Shown: positions 12,577-24,507 of the stretch, piece after piece
How positions within the stretch are numbered: the first letter of the stretch is position 1
How the letters are laid out: each line of letters starts with the position of its first letter
NCBI GenBank assembly: GCA_001643675.2
Contig: LSRY02000057.1
Span: 248,001-312,000 of the forward strand
Origin: Monocercomonoides exilis PA203
Taxonomy: Eukaryota; Protista; Preaxostyla
Length of the DNA stretch: 64,000 bases
Reading direction: 5' to 3'
The notes under the pieces: generated by a model
Databases searched by the model: none
The model's input: the letters and a program-made list of their open reading frames with translations, nothing else
Told to the model about the DNA's origin: nothing
Program-made: the position numbers and the translations under genes

Positions 12577-12880
12577 TTCACACTGCACAGGCTTAGCTGG
12601 TTAGGTGATGTGAGTGATGCTGCGACGTGGAAATATTGAGTTTAATCTCCGACCTTTTCACCTGAAAAGTGTGCATAAAATGCACAGGATAAATTCCATT
12701 TTCCAAAATATATGGGCAAACGGGCAAACTGAGTAAAGTGGGCAAAATACATTTAATGTGAAAATTAACTGTTTCCCGTCAAAGTTCGACATCAACCTCG
12801 ACGTCATCTTCCCCGTAAATGCACGTTTCAAAAATAAATCTGTTTCAAAAAATCTTTGTTTTTTTTTTAATTTTTATAAA

Positions 12881-15234
12881 ATGACAAACCCCCAAACAGA
12901 CACTGGCAACGTGATCCAACAACTAATTGATTCAATTTCAACAGAACAGCAAACGCTGGGAGAACGAATGAAAGATCACCTTGTTGACTTGTTCGACTAC
13001 AAGAAATACTCTGACAAGAAGCAGGGCCAACGACACACTGGAAAAGCTGTCGATATCAGCAAATGTGAGGATTTTTGTGTCGTTGATGTTGATTTTAACA
13101 AATCCCTTCAAGCTGAACAAACGAAAACCATCAGGAATTCCATTCTCGAGTAACCCCCCCCCCCCCCCCCGAAACGTCGGACTTGTACAAACAGATCATG
13201 GTGGTTTTCACATTTATTGTGAGCTGTGTGGTTATCCCCTTAAATGTTTGTCACAAACCAAAGTGTTCACGAGTCCAGAGTACGATATCGACATTTTTGC
13301 AGGCATTGGAGATCGAAAACAGAGGCTTGAAGTTCAAGCTGACTTTTCATACAGAGAGATGAAAGATGGCAAGAGAATCATCACCAAATACATTCCCCTC
13401 AACAATTACAGACAGCTAACAGATCTTTCATCACTCGAGAGTGTTCTTGACGTTTTCGGTATTGATCTCAAAACAGAGAATACATCAGTGGCAATGACAC
13501 CTGAGCCACACAATCTTCTCACAAAAGATGGTGTCGTCGATATATCTCCGACTGTCACTCTTGCTCTTGTCAATGGAGTCAAAGATGTTGAAATACATAA
13601 CGACACAGGTTCTCTGTCACTTGATTGTGAGTTAACTCTTTCACCGTTATATGCAGCTCTCAACCCTCTCGTCAACATTAACGGTTTCGACAACCAATCA
13701 ATAGATTTTCTTTGCAATCAAATCAGAAAGACAGCTGCTCTAACAGCAAATGCTATCACTCTCTATGAAGAGAAACGAAACAGGTACAGAGATAACAAGT
13801 CACATCTATTTGTTCTACAAAAGATTGTCAAGAGATGGAATCCATCATTTTACAACGATGTGATCATTCCACTCCTCAGAAAAGAGAATGAGCAAAAGGA
13901 AGAACCTCCACGAGAGATAACTGTTCATGAAATTGATCTCAACTCATCGTTCTCGTTCTCTGAAATCAGGGATAAAGCTTGTCGAAAACAATACTCCTCA
14001 CTGTCGAAAGTCGCTGAAGATCTCACAAAAGTTCTGAGGTTTGTTGAAGCAAGGATGGAATTCATTGTGAAAGAGTTTGACATTCACACCTCTTGTTATT
14101 CAATTACAATAAAGACATAATCAGCAATGAACGAACTCTGAAAAAACAATAAAACTACGGCATGATGATAAAAAAACTCTCACAGTTGAGACAACTTTCG
14201 AACAATACACTCATGTTCTATTGATTGATAGGGTGAAGTTCTTCTCAGATAACACTCGGATATTCTCTCTGTTCCATGGGTTCAAATACCAAATGGCAAA
14301 CGAACAAAATGACGAAATCATTAAACCATTCCTCGATTTCACACGAGAAGTTATCGCCAACGACAACGAAGAACTCTATCAATACATCCTTTGTTGGATT
14401 TCGTCAATTGTTCAAAATCCTGGTAAAAAAGCAGAAACATCACTTGTTCTTAAAGGTTTGCAAGGTATTTGAAAGAATGTCTGGATTAATGTTCTTGCTG
14501 AACTGTTGGCAGGACATTCATGTTCAAATGTCACAGAGATTGCAGAACTGTCAGGACAGTTCAACTTCATCGTCGAAGGGAAAATGCTCATTGTTCTTAA
14601 CGAATTGAAGAATGTTGGAGATGATCGAACAGCTAACTTTGACGCATTGAAGAGTATAATCACAGATTCAACAATAAGAATTAACGAGAAGAATCAACCA
14701 TGTAGAACAGCTGAGAACGTTTCCAATTTCAAATTTGTGACAAATCACACATACCCGGTAAAGATTGAGATTGGTGACAGAAGATATGTTGTTTGTGATT
14801 GTAACACAAAATATAAAAACAATCTCACATTCTTCAAGGATTTCACTGACTCTTTCGATAATGAATTCTATGAACAACTTCTCTGTTATTTCATCAGTAA
14901 AAATCTCTCCGAATTCAACACAAGGGCAATTCCAACAATGGAGGCAAAGGAAGATATCATTGCAGCATCACTCTCTGTCATCGATGTATTCTGTCAGGAG
15001 CATTACAACAAACTCAAAGAAGTGTGGGGATGTTCTGAAGCACTATGTTTCAGACCAGTTGAATACAAGAACGATCGCTCATTCCAACTAGCAATTAAAG
15101 ACAGATGTGAGAGAACACGAGTAGGTGGAAGAGGAAATCAAGTGTGGTGTTATAAACTCAAGCCAGAGTATGAACAACTCCTCAAACGACGTGAAGATGA
15201 AGATGACATTGATTGTTCTGCGGAAATTAACTAA
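12881..15234 (+). pseudogene. Prim-Pol (AEP-like) primase fused to an SF3/D5-type (DUF5906-like) helicase, disrupted (~780 codons)
   Basis: N-terminal CVVDVDFN (DxD) and VQTDHGGFHIYC. C-terminal YILCWISSIVQNPGKK..LVLKGLQGI*K (Walker A with a stop), LIVLNE (Walker B), FVTN (motif C) and GDRRY. Stops at 13151, 14118 and 14470; frameshifts at the C17 run (13154-13170) and ~14140. Confidence 0.85.
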
Positions 15235-15300
15235 ACACATTCGTTTATTTGGAATCATAAACACACAAACGATACAACTTGTGTGCCACTGACGATTCCG

Positions 15301-16498
15301 TGTGGCAATGTGGCAAAATGATGAAACAATCGGAATTAAATAAAAACCCTCAAAATCATACCAAATTAGGGGGAAAATGCTCATGTTGGCAGCTATTTTC
15401 AGATGAAATTATAAGACCCGGACTACCGGACTACCGGACTACGCTTCCAGCACGGAGATTTTGGCCAATTTTTCCCTTCCCCCAGCGTCTCGATGTTGCC
15501 ACAATTTGGTGTCCGGTTTACCGATTGACACTTTTTCAAGCTAAATACACCAAAATAAACACCAAATCAAGTGAAAAACATCAATGTGGCAGTCCGTCAT
15601 AATGCCATTTGTTTAAAAAAAAATATAGATGTTGGCAATCAACCACAACACCATCGTGGACACTGTTTGAAACAATTGACAATACTAATAACGTGTTTCA
15701 CCAGTTATATTTCATCAATTTGCACATTAACTGCCAAATCAACCAAAAATAAACACATTCACCTTAATCATTAACTTTTTCCATCAATTCATCTAACAAC
15801 TCATCACTTTCGATAAGCTTTCTCCTCAATATCTTTATCAACTTCTTCTGTTTTTCAGATACATGTTCGTTGTAATACTTAGTTTCTTCCTTACGTTTTT
15901 CCTGAAACTGTTTAATTTGTTTCTGTTGAGCCGCTTTAGCTTCTTTCACAGTTGCGTAAATCTTCTTCCGACCAATTTACTATAAAACAAAAAACAAAAT
16001 CAATTATTTTTATTTGCGATTTTCATCAACGATCACATCAACGATTTCATCAACGTTCAACAAACACCTTCGACACATAACACGTTCAACATATAACTCA
16101 TGTATTTCACCAACGGTAACATCAACACATTCAACACATGTTCAACACATGTATTTCATCAACGAAAACACCAATTTTCACACAATTTCACCATTAATTT
16201 ACCAACTTGAACACTTTCAATTAATGTTTTAGCTAATTCTCCTCCCTGGAGATATGGTATATCAGCTATAGATACATATCGATTACACCAATCAATGACT
16301 CCTTCTTTATAGAACATCACTGAATATCTAATCATGATAAACCCCTAAGCGTATCAGCAATAATCATCGATCTCTATCTTAATATCATTGCCTATTCCAA
16401 CTTATTATTCAAAATGATAACTACTACCAGATATTCATAAATCGATAATATTGATTGACCTAATTGAGATGGATCTATAGCTGATATACCATATCTCT
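15301..16498 (-). repeat. Right terminal inverted repeat (~1,198 bp)
   Basis: Reverse complement of 11302-12499. Confidence 0.95.
15764..15976 (-). CDS. Mirror copy of the small TIR protein
   Basis: Identical translation in the right TIR. Confidence 0.4.
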   Translation of the reverse strand: MGRKKIYATVKEAKAAQQKQIKQFQEKRKEETKYYNEHVSEKQKKLIKILRRKLIESDELLDELMEKVND

Positions 16499-17816
16499 TT
16501 TTTTCATTTCAAAAAATTTTGGTGCCAATAAAGAACAAAGTGCCAAAAAAATGATGACCCTGTAGAAAAATTAATGTAGAAAAAACCGTCACAATCAAGA
16601 AAAAAACATCAACGATTGCGCACCAGTGAATGCTTCGGTTAACAATAGCCCCTGTATTTTTGAAAAAATGTGTCATTCAAAATGCAACGCTGTTAATTAT
16701 AAGTTTTGAATTCGCATATATTTGGATAGAAGAAACAGATAAAAAGATAAACTAAATACGGTCATGGAAATATGTGCATTCATATTGTTGTTTCTTTTGC
16801 TGACATTTTTGACAAGGTATTGCAAAGAAATGAAAAAACGTTTTGTCTTTTTCTGTTTGTTGTTATGGATTCAATGATCGAATATCATTTTAAAATAAGG
16901 AATAAACATTGACAAAATGAGAGATCGGGAATGAACATTTTCTGCAGAATAAGATAAATTGTTTTGCATGGTCACAGCAGACAATGATGGAGATGCTATA
17001 TTTTTGAAATTCTTTCTGAAAAGATTTGGAGATTGGATGGCCTACGAAATGCAACAATTTTATTAATAACATAAAAAATGCAATGTATGCATTTTATATT
17101 GTTCTATTGATTGTGAAGATATTTCCATCTGTATCCTCTCCAAAGTGCAGGAATATGAGTTATTGTTGAAATGGCCAATCTCCGCTTTGGAGAGCAATAC
17201 GATGAGAACGGAGCAAATTATTATATAGACATTGGGAAATAAATGGAGTTACGCAAGATACATGATTTTCAAGATTTTTATTTGGTGCAAGAGATGAAAA
17301 CAAATTCAACTGTCATATTATAAATGAAGATAATAAGAAGGAATTCCATGAAAAAGGAAAAACAGACAAATATTGATGGTATTTTGAAAAATGATGAGGA
17401 AAACAGTTTTTGAATGTATGAGCAAAGAAAGTTACCGACAATACCGAAAATTTGTTATTTTCCTCAAAAAAATGCAAGGAAACAATGTTAATCATAGAAG
17501 TCAGAAATTTACAAATAGACTTGATAGTCCAGATATTTCAACTTTTGGAAAGAATTAGCCTGTTTTTTATGGAATTTTTCACAAGCAAAGCAAACTTGTT
17601 ACTCACAAAACCGTTGAAACGAATGTTATGAAGAGCTACAGCTTCTTTTTGGGAATATGATATTAAGAAAATATGAAAACAAATGAAACCTGCTCCAGTA
17701 ATTTTAGTCTCGTATATTTGCCAAAAGAAAATTCAGAAAACCTGTTGCTTCGTATCAATTGTTTGGGCATTTCAGTCAGCATAAGGCTTTTTTGAATGGC
17801 TTAACTCTTCTGTGCT

Positions 17817-17817
<1 letters not shown>

Positions 17818-17852
<35 letters not shown>

Positions 17853-17964
17853 TTCTTCTTCTTCTTCTTCTTCTTCTTCTTCTTCTTCTTCTTCTTCTTC
17901 TTCTTCTTCTTCTTCTTCTTCTTCTTCTTCTTCTTCTTCTTCTTCTTCTTCTTCTTCTTCTTCT
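17818..17964. repeat. Compound microsatellite (TCA)11(TCT)38
   Basis: Read directly from the sequence. Confidence 0.95.
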
Positions 17965-18699
17965 TGTGGTTCAGCTAATTTATTGCTAATATCACACGAA
18001 TCTCATTCGTTAATGAGGGTATTTGAAGCAATGAACAAAAAGAGGATTTTTGTTGGTATTTGAATTTTCAAACTCTTCTTCTTCAATGAACAACAAATAG
18101 ATTGCCATTTTCATTTCATTTAACTTCCCTCCAATTCATAAGCAGGTCTCGTCTTTCATTTCTATTCATTAAGGCAAAAGGAACATTCACACTTTCATAG
18201 AATTAAAGCCATGCTTAACACAGCAATGAAATGGGATATTTTGAGCTGGAATAGCAGATCATCAGGTATTCAACAGAAAACGGAGATTGAATCCGAGTGT
18301 TTTCATTGAAAACTGAAAGAGGCACAGATAAAGAAGAAAGAACGTTGAAGCAATCCATTGATGAAATTGATGAATTCTAAAATAACCTCTGATTAATATC
18401 ACAGCTCGAAAACAATAGCGAATTGAGAAAATAAAATGAGAAAGGAAAGCAATTAAGAGTGAAGTGCTTGTTTGAAGGAAAATTCTATGAAACAAGAGAA
18501 TAAATGTCCGACAAGCAATGTTGATTTCATCAAATGTACATAAGAGAAGATTTCTTCTGTTTTGTGTGCCATCTCCCCAACATTTTTCGATTTGATCATC
18601 ACTTGCACCAATCCACAGACAAGTCAGCTTATGAAATGATTTCTGCCTTATGATCGACACCTTCTTCAGAAAACCCATCGCATTGCGTATGCTCTTGAA

Positions 18700-20100
18700 G
18701 GGCATCTTTGATAGCCAGCAATACATTGCTTTGATACCAAGATGACTATCCACGTATTCATTGTCAGCTGTATGCCCGTTGATAAAGATTTATAAATCGA
18801 AATTCCAATTGCTTCTGTTCTGTCATGTCCAACAACAGAGTTGTCTTTCTGTGTGATGCTTGCCATAAAGGGGAAGAAAGAGAGAAAGAAAGAACAAAAG
18901 GACAGTCGCGGAAGAAGCGTTTGCAGAGATGAAGAATTAGCTGGAGAAGAAGAAAAATGCGATTGTGATGAGAAGCAAACTGCAAATCGTGTGACGCGTT
19001 ATCGAACTCTCCAACAGCTTTGTACCATCCAACAGAACGCTCATCGTTTCCATCATCAGCATATCCGTCTTTAGCAAGCTCTTCATAATCCTCACCAGCT
19101 GCGTGATGAATGTTTGGAAAGCGGCAGAATGGAAAGAGAGTTTCATAAATCCTTCCAGTATTTGATTTTCCATTCCGTGTGTGTGCCAACCAGAGCGAGA
19201 GAAGAATCGTCAGCGATGGGATGATGGCTATCACGAACAACAACAACAACACAGAGGATGTCTTTTGAGACGTGAATTCCAAGTTGCACCAAGCATCAGA
19301 GGAGGATGGAAGTGCGAACGAGATCATCCTTTCGATGATGAGGCTGATCTTTGCAATCGGAAGGAAGAGCAAAGCGCATTCAAGCAAAGACCTGCAGCTA
19401 TTACTCGAATCGAGCATTGAGTCGAATATTGAAATGCCAATTAATTCAACGAAGGTATTTGCTTCATTCACAGACATCATTATGGAATCGGTGTTTTCAC
19501 AGCAAAGCTCGAAAGAGGAGACAAACTGAGCATAGAGGCAAGTCAGAAAGCTTCTGTTGTACAAGCAAAAGGTGAAAGAGAGGAAGGGCTTCAGCTCCTT
19601 TTGGGAAGAGCAGAACGCAGTTGAGCATTGATAGCTTGCATTTCCTTTTTCTTCTTCTCAACAGTCTCAGCTGTCTTTGAATATGTCCTCGTTCAGTCAG
19701 AGTCACAAAGATTCACTTTCTGTTCACTAATTCCCAATGGTAGACATTTTTAGATGCATCATAAGCGATTCATTGAAGTCATCTCTTCTGTCAGGCACAA
19801 ACATATCTTCTCTTGTGACAAATGCAAGCCAAACAATAATTATTTTGCCATCTTCTCGTTTTGTTGGAGACGAAGATTCAGTTCTCCAAGCAGTAAAAGC
19901 TTTGCTCCTATTGTTAGGCCGATAGAGTTTTATAGAATTTGTTTTATTGCGTATTCTTTCTTTTCGGAGATTATTGTTATGTTTTGAGGAAGAAAATTTC
20001 AGCGAATGAAAATGACATTGATCTTGTTTTAACAATTCCACAAAAGAATAGAATTATGCAGCGTATTGTCAAGCATTCGAGCGATTCTTTTTCTTTGGTT
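18700..20100 (+). pseudogene. Probable decayed hypothetical protein gene
   Basis: Higher-GC, coding-like fragments in several + frames (for example ANEIILSMMRLIFAIG.., MVDIFRCIISDSLKSSLLSG..). No recognisable domain, and the strand is tentative. Confidence 0.3.
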
Positions 20101-20639
20101 CAAAAATTGAAACTTATTATTTTATCATCATTTATTTAGCTTTATTAAAGAATAAATCAAAAAAATTTGAATGATTTGAGTTCAGATATCTTCTTCTTGG
20201 TAGAATTTCGTTTATTAATTGCTTTTTTTATAAAAAAAGTTGGAGAAGGAGTGTGAATTTCAAATCACATAAAAAAAACCTTTATAACCATAATTACTTT
20301 ATTTCAAAAATTATTTATCAAAAACCAACTGAAATACAACTGCTAAAGAATATCAAAAAAATTAAAGAGAAATAAAATACAATTTACAGCCACTTAAGCA
20401 CATTGTAACTTCATCATTCAATTCTGAACCAGATTCAAAAATAAGTTTGTTGCAAAATTGAGAGAGATAATAAAAAATGCAAGAAAACAATACTTTCAAA
20501 AAATCACTCAAAAACACAGCTCCAACTCACAAATAAAATCAATAAATTACGCAATTTCTGAATCTTGTATCGTCAAAAACGCAAAGCAATATCGAACGTT
20601 TCAGCTTTATTGCTTTCCTTTTCGATTGTTTGCACATAA

Positions 20640-22560
20640 ATAGAAATTCAAAGCAGATGAGGCAACTTCTTTTGCATGAATTCAAACACTCTCTTTTGCT
20701 TATCATCTTTTTCTTCCCCGACTGATAACTTTTCTCTTTGTCTTCACTCTCTTCCTCCTTTTCAGAACACTCCCATTCTCCATCCAGATATTCATCATCA
20801 GAAAGCTCATGAAGTGCACATTCAAACATTTCCGTTCTCAGCTCAAACTTTACATCGTCCCTTCTCTGCTTTCCTTTTTTCCCAATTATTTCTTTAAATC
20901 CTTCCTCCTTCTTCATCAGCATCAGCACTTTTCCTTTATTTCTCTTTCTCCTTCTGTTCGTCTGCACCCTCCTCCACTTGTGCTTCGGCTGGTATTTTCG
21001 TTTGCGTCTGAAAAATCTTCTCGTGTAATTGAATTCAAACAATGGGACCACTTCATCTTTTTTCCCCTTCCACAATCCATGCTGTGTCTGCACCCATCTG
21101 ATCTCTTCTCTCTCGTTGCCTGCCTCTGATGAATCAGAGGTTGCATGCCATGTTCATCCCAATAAGAATCAGGGGAGGTGTCGCTCTCAACATTTCCGCC
21201 TTCCAACTCGAAGAATGACGATGAATAGCTGAGTGTTGAAGCATCAAAAGGACTCTTATGATATATCGCTCTTCCAAGATAGAAGCACAGCCAAACTAAT
21301 TGGCCATCGAATTCATCATTAGAACTCGCTATTCTCAAAATATTGCGATTGAACAATTCTCAACTCGAACAACAACGGCTGAGTGAAACAATTCCGCGAA
21401 TTAGCTCATACCACAAAAGCATGACTTCTGAAAGCCGCTCATATGATTCGCACATTAGAATAGTTATAGCCACCAGCAGATCTCCAAGCCTTTCCTCTTC
21501 CAACATCCCCAAATGCTTCTTCATCCTCAATACATGGCGATCGCGAGAAATACAGTCCGTTAAGGTAACTCATGCTTTTCTTTTCATCATATTCCTCTAT
21601 AAGAATCCGCCTGTATTCTTCGAATCCTTTCTCAAGCAGTTCTTTCTTGTCTTTCGCCCGAATCGCATTGTCCAAGTGCCACACCAACCTCAATAGCATC
21701 CCTTTTGCAAACCCCGACAAGCTCAGTCTTTCGCTTTCGCATTTGCTATGCTGCTTAAGAATGTGAAATATTCGCTTTTTCACTAATTTTTTGTTGCTCA
21801 GCAAAACTCCACCTGAACATACACATAAACAGCGAAAAAATATTAATTACCAAAAACAATCTGTAATCATTGAACAAACTAATATTTGTTCAATTAATGC
21901 TCTTTTCCGAAATTATGACAAATAAAGAGAACAGCCATCCTTCTGCCGATATCTGCTTTTCGATGCTCTGCATTTCCAGAAACGCTCTGTCCAAATAATA
22001 GAAAGCAATCTGTGACTGAGTTCCTTTACACATTTCGCTGAAAATCCTTCCATATGTCACAACACGAAACAGCAGCTCAACAACAGGAACCACTTTGTTA
22101 AACGAACGCCATGGAGCACTGAAAAAAAATGTTGTCATATCTTCAACCAACTTGGGAAAGTCAAGGTTTAAAAGCATTCTGAATGCAGGATCATCACGAC
22201 TGGAATTATTCAAACAGTAGCAGTGCTTCAATATGCACGTCAGTCCATTGACAAGCAATAGAAGCCCTTTTACTCATGTGACATTTCATTTTTGCACCTT
22301 GCAGCTGTTCAAACGGATATTCCACACAATTTGGAGATTGGGAAGAGAGAAGACTTGACAATTGTTCAATAAGCTTCACTGACAAAGCTCTTTGAGAGCT
22401 CGCATAAAAGAGAAGCGCATAATCCAAAAATTGCTCAACATCTGCAAGACAAAATAACAATTCAAAAAAACCAATAATTACCAGAAATTCATCTCTGCAC
22501 CAAACCTGTTCTAAAAGCTTTATTCCATTCAAGCATGCAACAAAATTTCCACGTTTAGGT
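20640..22560 (-). pseudogene. Fragmented hypothetical protein gene (helical), probable intron ~21812-21938
   Basis: Consecutive minus-strand protein-like ORF pieces (22532-22206, 22258-21890, 21804-21439, 21356-20922, 21093-20539) in shifting frames. Confidence 0.4.
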
Positions 22561-23226
22561 CTCAGTCCTAAGCAAGACAGAGAATCTTTTATTATTGTTA
22601 AAAACTTTATTATGCAGCACTTTTAATAAAAAGTGGGCATTATTTTTATTTTATTTTCGAGAAGCTGTAATTCTTAAAAGCCGCTGAGCATCATATGAAT
22701 TAAAAAAATTGAGTAAAAGTCAACAATAAAGCTCATCAAAAAGAAAAAGAAAAAATATACCAAACATCGAACTCAAATACAAAACATGAAAGGAAATATC
22801 ACAGCCAAAATAAAAGAAAATAAACTCAAAACGTTAAAAGGAAAGCACAAATAAGTTTCAATAATAAAAAACATTTTTGGCTTAAATATTGCTGAGTATT
22901 GTCAAAGCATATTCCGTTCTTTTTCCAATAAGCTTAATTCAAAAAAAAAAAAAAAAAAAAAAAAAATTGTCTCTGAAAAAGAAAGTAGTTACCTTTAAAT
23001 ATTTAAATATCTTCCAATGCAATCCTTCTTTGGGGTATTTGGCATGGTTTTTCTTTTTTTCAGTTTTTTCTCTTTGCTAGCAAGCAATCATCATTTGCAA
23101 TTTATTTCTTTTTCATCATCAACGTAGAATTCACCAATCCTTTCCTTCTCAAGCACTTGTTCTCCTCTTCCTCAAATTGTTCCTCAAATTATTCATTAAT
23201 TCTTAACCACAACCATTCCTCTTTCA

Positions 23227-24507
23227 TTATTTCTTAAACAATTCTCCGATATTTGCCGGAAGCTCTTCAATTTTGATTTTATAGTATTCCTGTATTTCCT
23301 TCATCATTTTCTCATCTGCCTCAGTAACCATGTTAATCACATTGCTTTTTCTGCGGTGATAGTCTGATCTACCAATTCTGTGAATGTATGACTCCACATC
23401 AAGTGGCATGTCATAATTCACAACAATCGAAACATGCTGCACATCAATGCTACGCTCCAATAAATCGGTTGTCACAAGCACTTTGCTTTTTCCTTCTCTG
23501 AAGTTTTTCATTATGCGATCTCTGTCTTCTTTTTCTAGTCCACCATGAATCGAGCTCACTTTAAACTTTTTGCTCTGAAGAGCCTCTGTAACAAGATCAA
23601 CTTTGCCTTTGGAATTGCAGAAGATGACATATCCAGCGATGGGAATTGTCTCAAAAAGATCGAACAGAACTTCTTTCTTGTATTCTTCTTTTAAAACATC
23701 CACATAGAATTGACGAATACCATCAAATGAAAGGTTATCATAAGGAGTTAGAATCTGAATGGGATCATGTTGAATCTGGCTGGTAATTTCATTGACTTCA
23801 GCAATGCGTGCCGAAGTCATCACAACCGTTTGAACATTCTTTGGAAAATATGAGTTTATTTCCATTATTTTATCCTGATATTCTTTTGATAGCAACTCAT
23901 CTGCTTCGTCGAGAACAAAGATCCGCACATGAGAAGCATCAATAACTTCAGAAGCAATAAGATGTAATAATCTATGAGGCGTTCCAACAATTATGTGTTG
24001 AGGCGCCTCTGCAACTTTTTGTGCAGCTTCACTCACAGCTTCTCCACCTACAATTCTCAGAATGTTTATTTCCTTCAGGAACTTTGCAAGTCCCTCCATT
24101 GCCTGAAAAAAGAAATATCAAAAATCATTGTGTATAACATAAAATTGCATACATAAAACGTGTTTAAAGCAAGTTCGCGAGTTGGAGAAATAATTACAGC
24201 TTGTGTGAAGTGTTGAGATGGATCCACAATCTGCAAGCAACCTATCAAGAAGGAAAATGTTTTCCCGAGTCCAGACTGAGCCTGTGCGAAAACATCTCTC
24301 CCACAAACAATAGGCTTGATTGCTTTCTGCTGAAAAAGTGACGGTGCTTTGAAACCATATGAAAATATTCCTCGAAGCAATTTATCTTTCAAAGACATTT
24401 CCTCAAAGGTTTTGCACATTTCAATCGGAGTTTCATCAATATCCCCGTCCCCGACAGAAAGGTCATCACTCAGAACTGGTTGAGAATGTAAAGGTTCGAA
24501 AGTTGGC
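23227..24507 (-). CDS. EIF4A: eIF4A-like DEAD-box RNA helicase, divergent paralog (intron 24103-24152; true start probably in a further upstream exon)
   Basis: TFEEMSLKDKLLRGIFSYGFKAPSLFQQKAI (Q motif), AQSGLGKT, PTRELA, LDEADE, DGIRQFYV, VIFCNSK, IDVQHVSIVVNYDMP, YIHRIGRS. A phase-0 GTATGC...TTTCAG intron joins the two ORFs in frame. Confidence 0.9.

Larger units (their letters stand above)
11302..16498. mobile_element. 5.2-kb long-TIR element encoding a Prim-Pol/SF3 helicase (Polinton-satellite/transpoviron-like, non-autonomous)
   Basis: Ends AGAGATATGG...CCATATCTCT. Mirrored ORF pairs all have coordinate sum 27800. TTTTTT on both flanks (11296-11301, 16499-16504). A single central primase-helicase gene. 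Confidence 0.9.
9095..16562 (+). mobile_element. pogo/Tigger-like DNA transposon 1 (~2.0 kb native), carrying two nested insertions
   Basis: Left end tagggttatctttttattggcacctttttctttattggaac matches the reverse complement of the right end ggtgccaataaagaacaaagtgccaaaaaaatgatgaccctg, which is followed by TA. Removing the MITE and the 5.2-kb element leaves ~2.0 kb. Confidence 0.75.

Noticed and set aside
11302-16498. Complete autonomous Polinton/Maverick
   Set aside because: No rve integrase, pPolB, ATPase, protease or capsid ORF, and only 5.2 kb long.
22941-22966. Poly-A tract as a retrocopy tail for eIF4A
   Set aside because: It is on the wrong strand relative to eIF4A, the gene retains an intron, and no TSD was seen.
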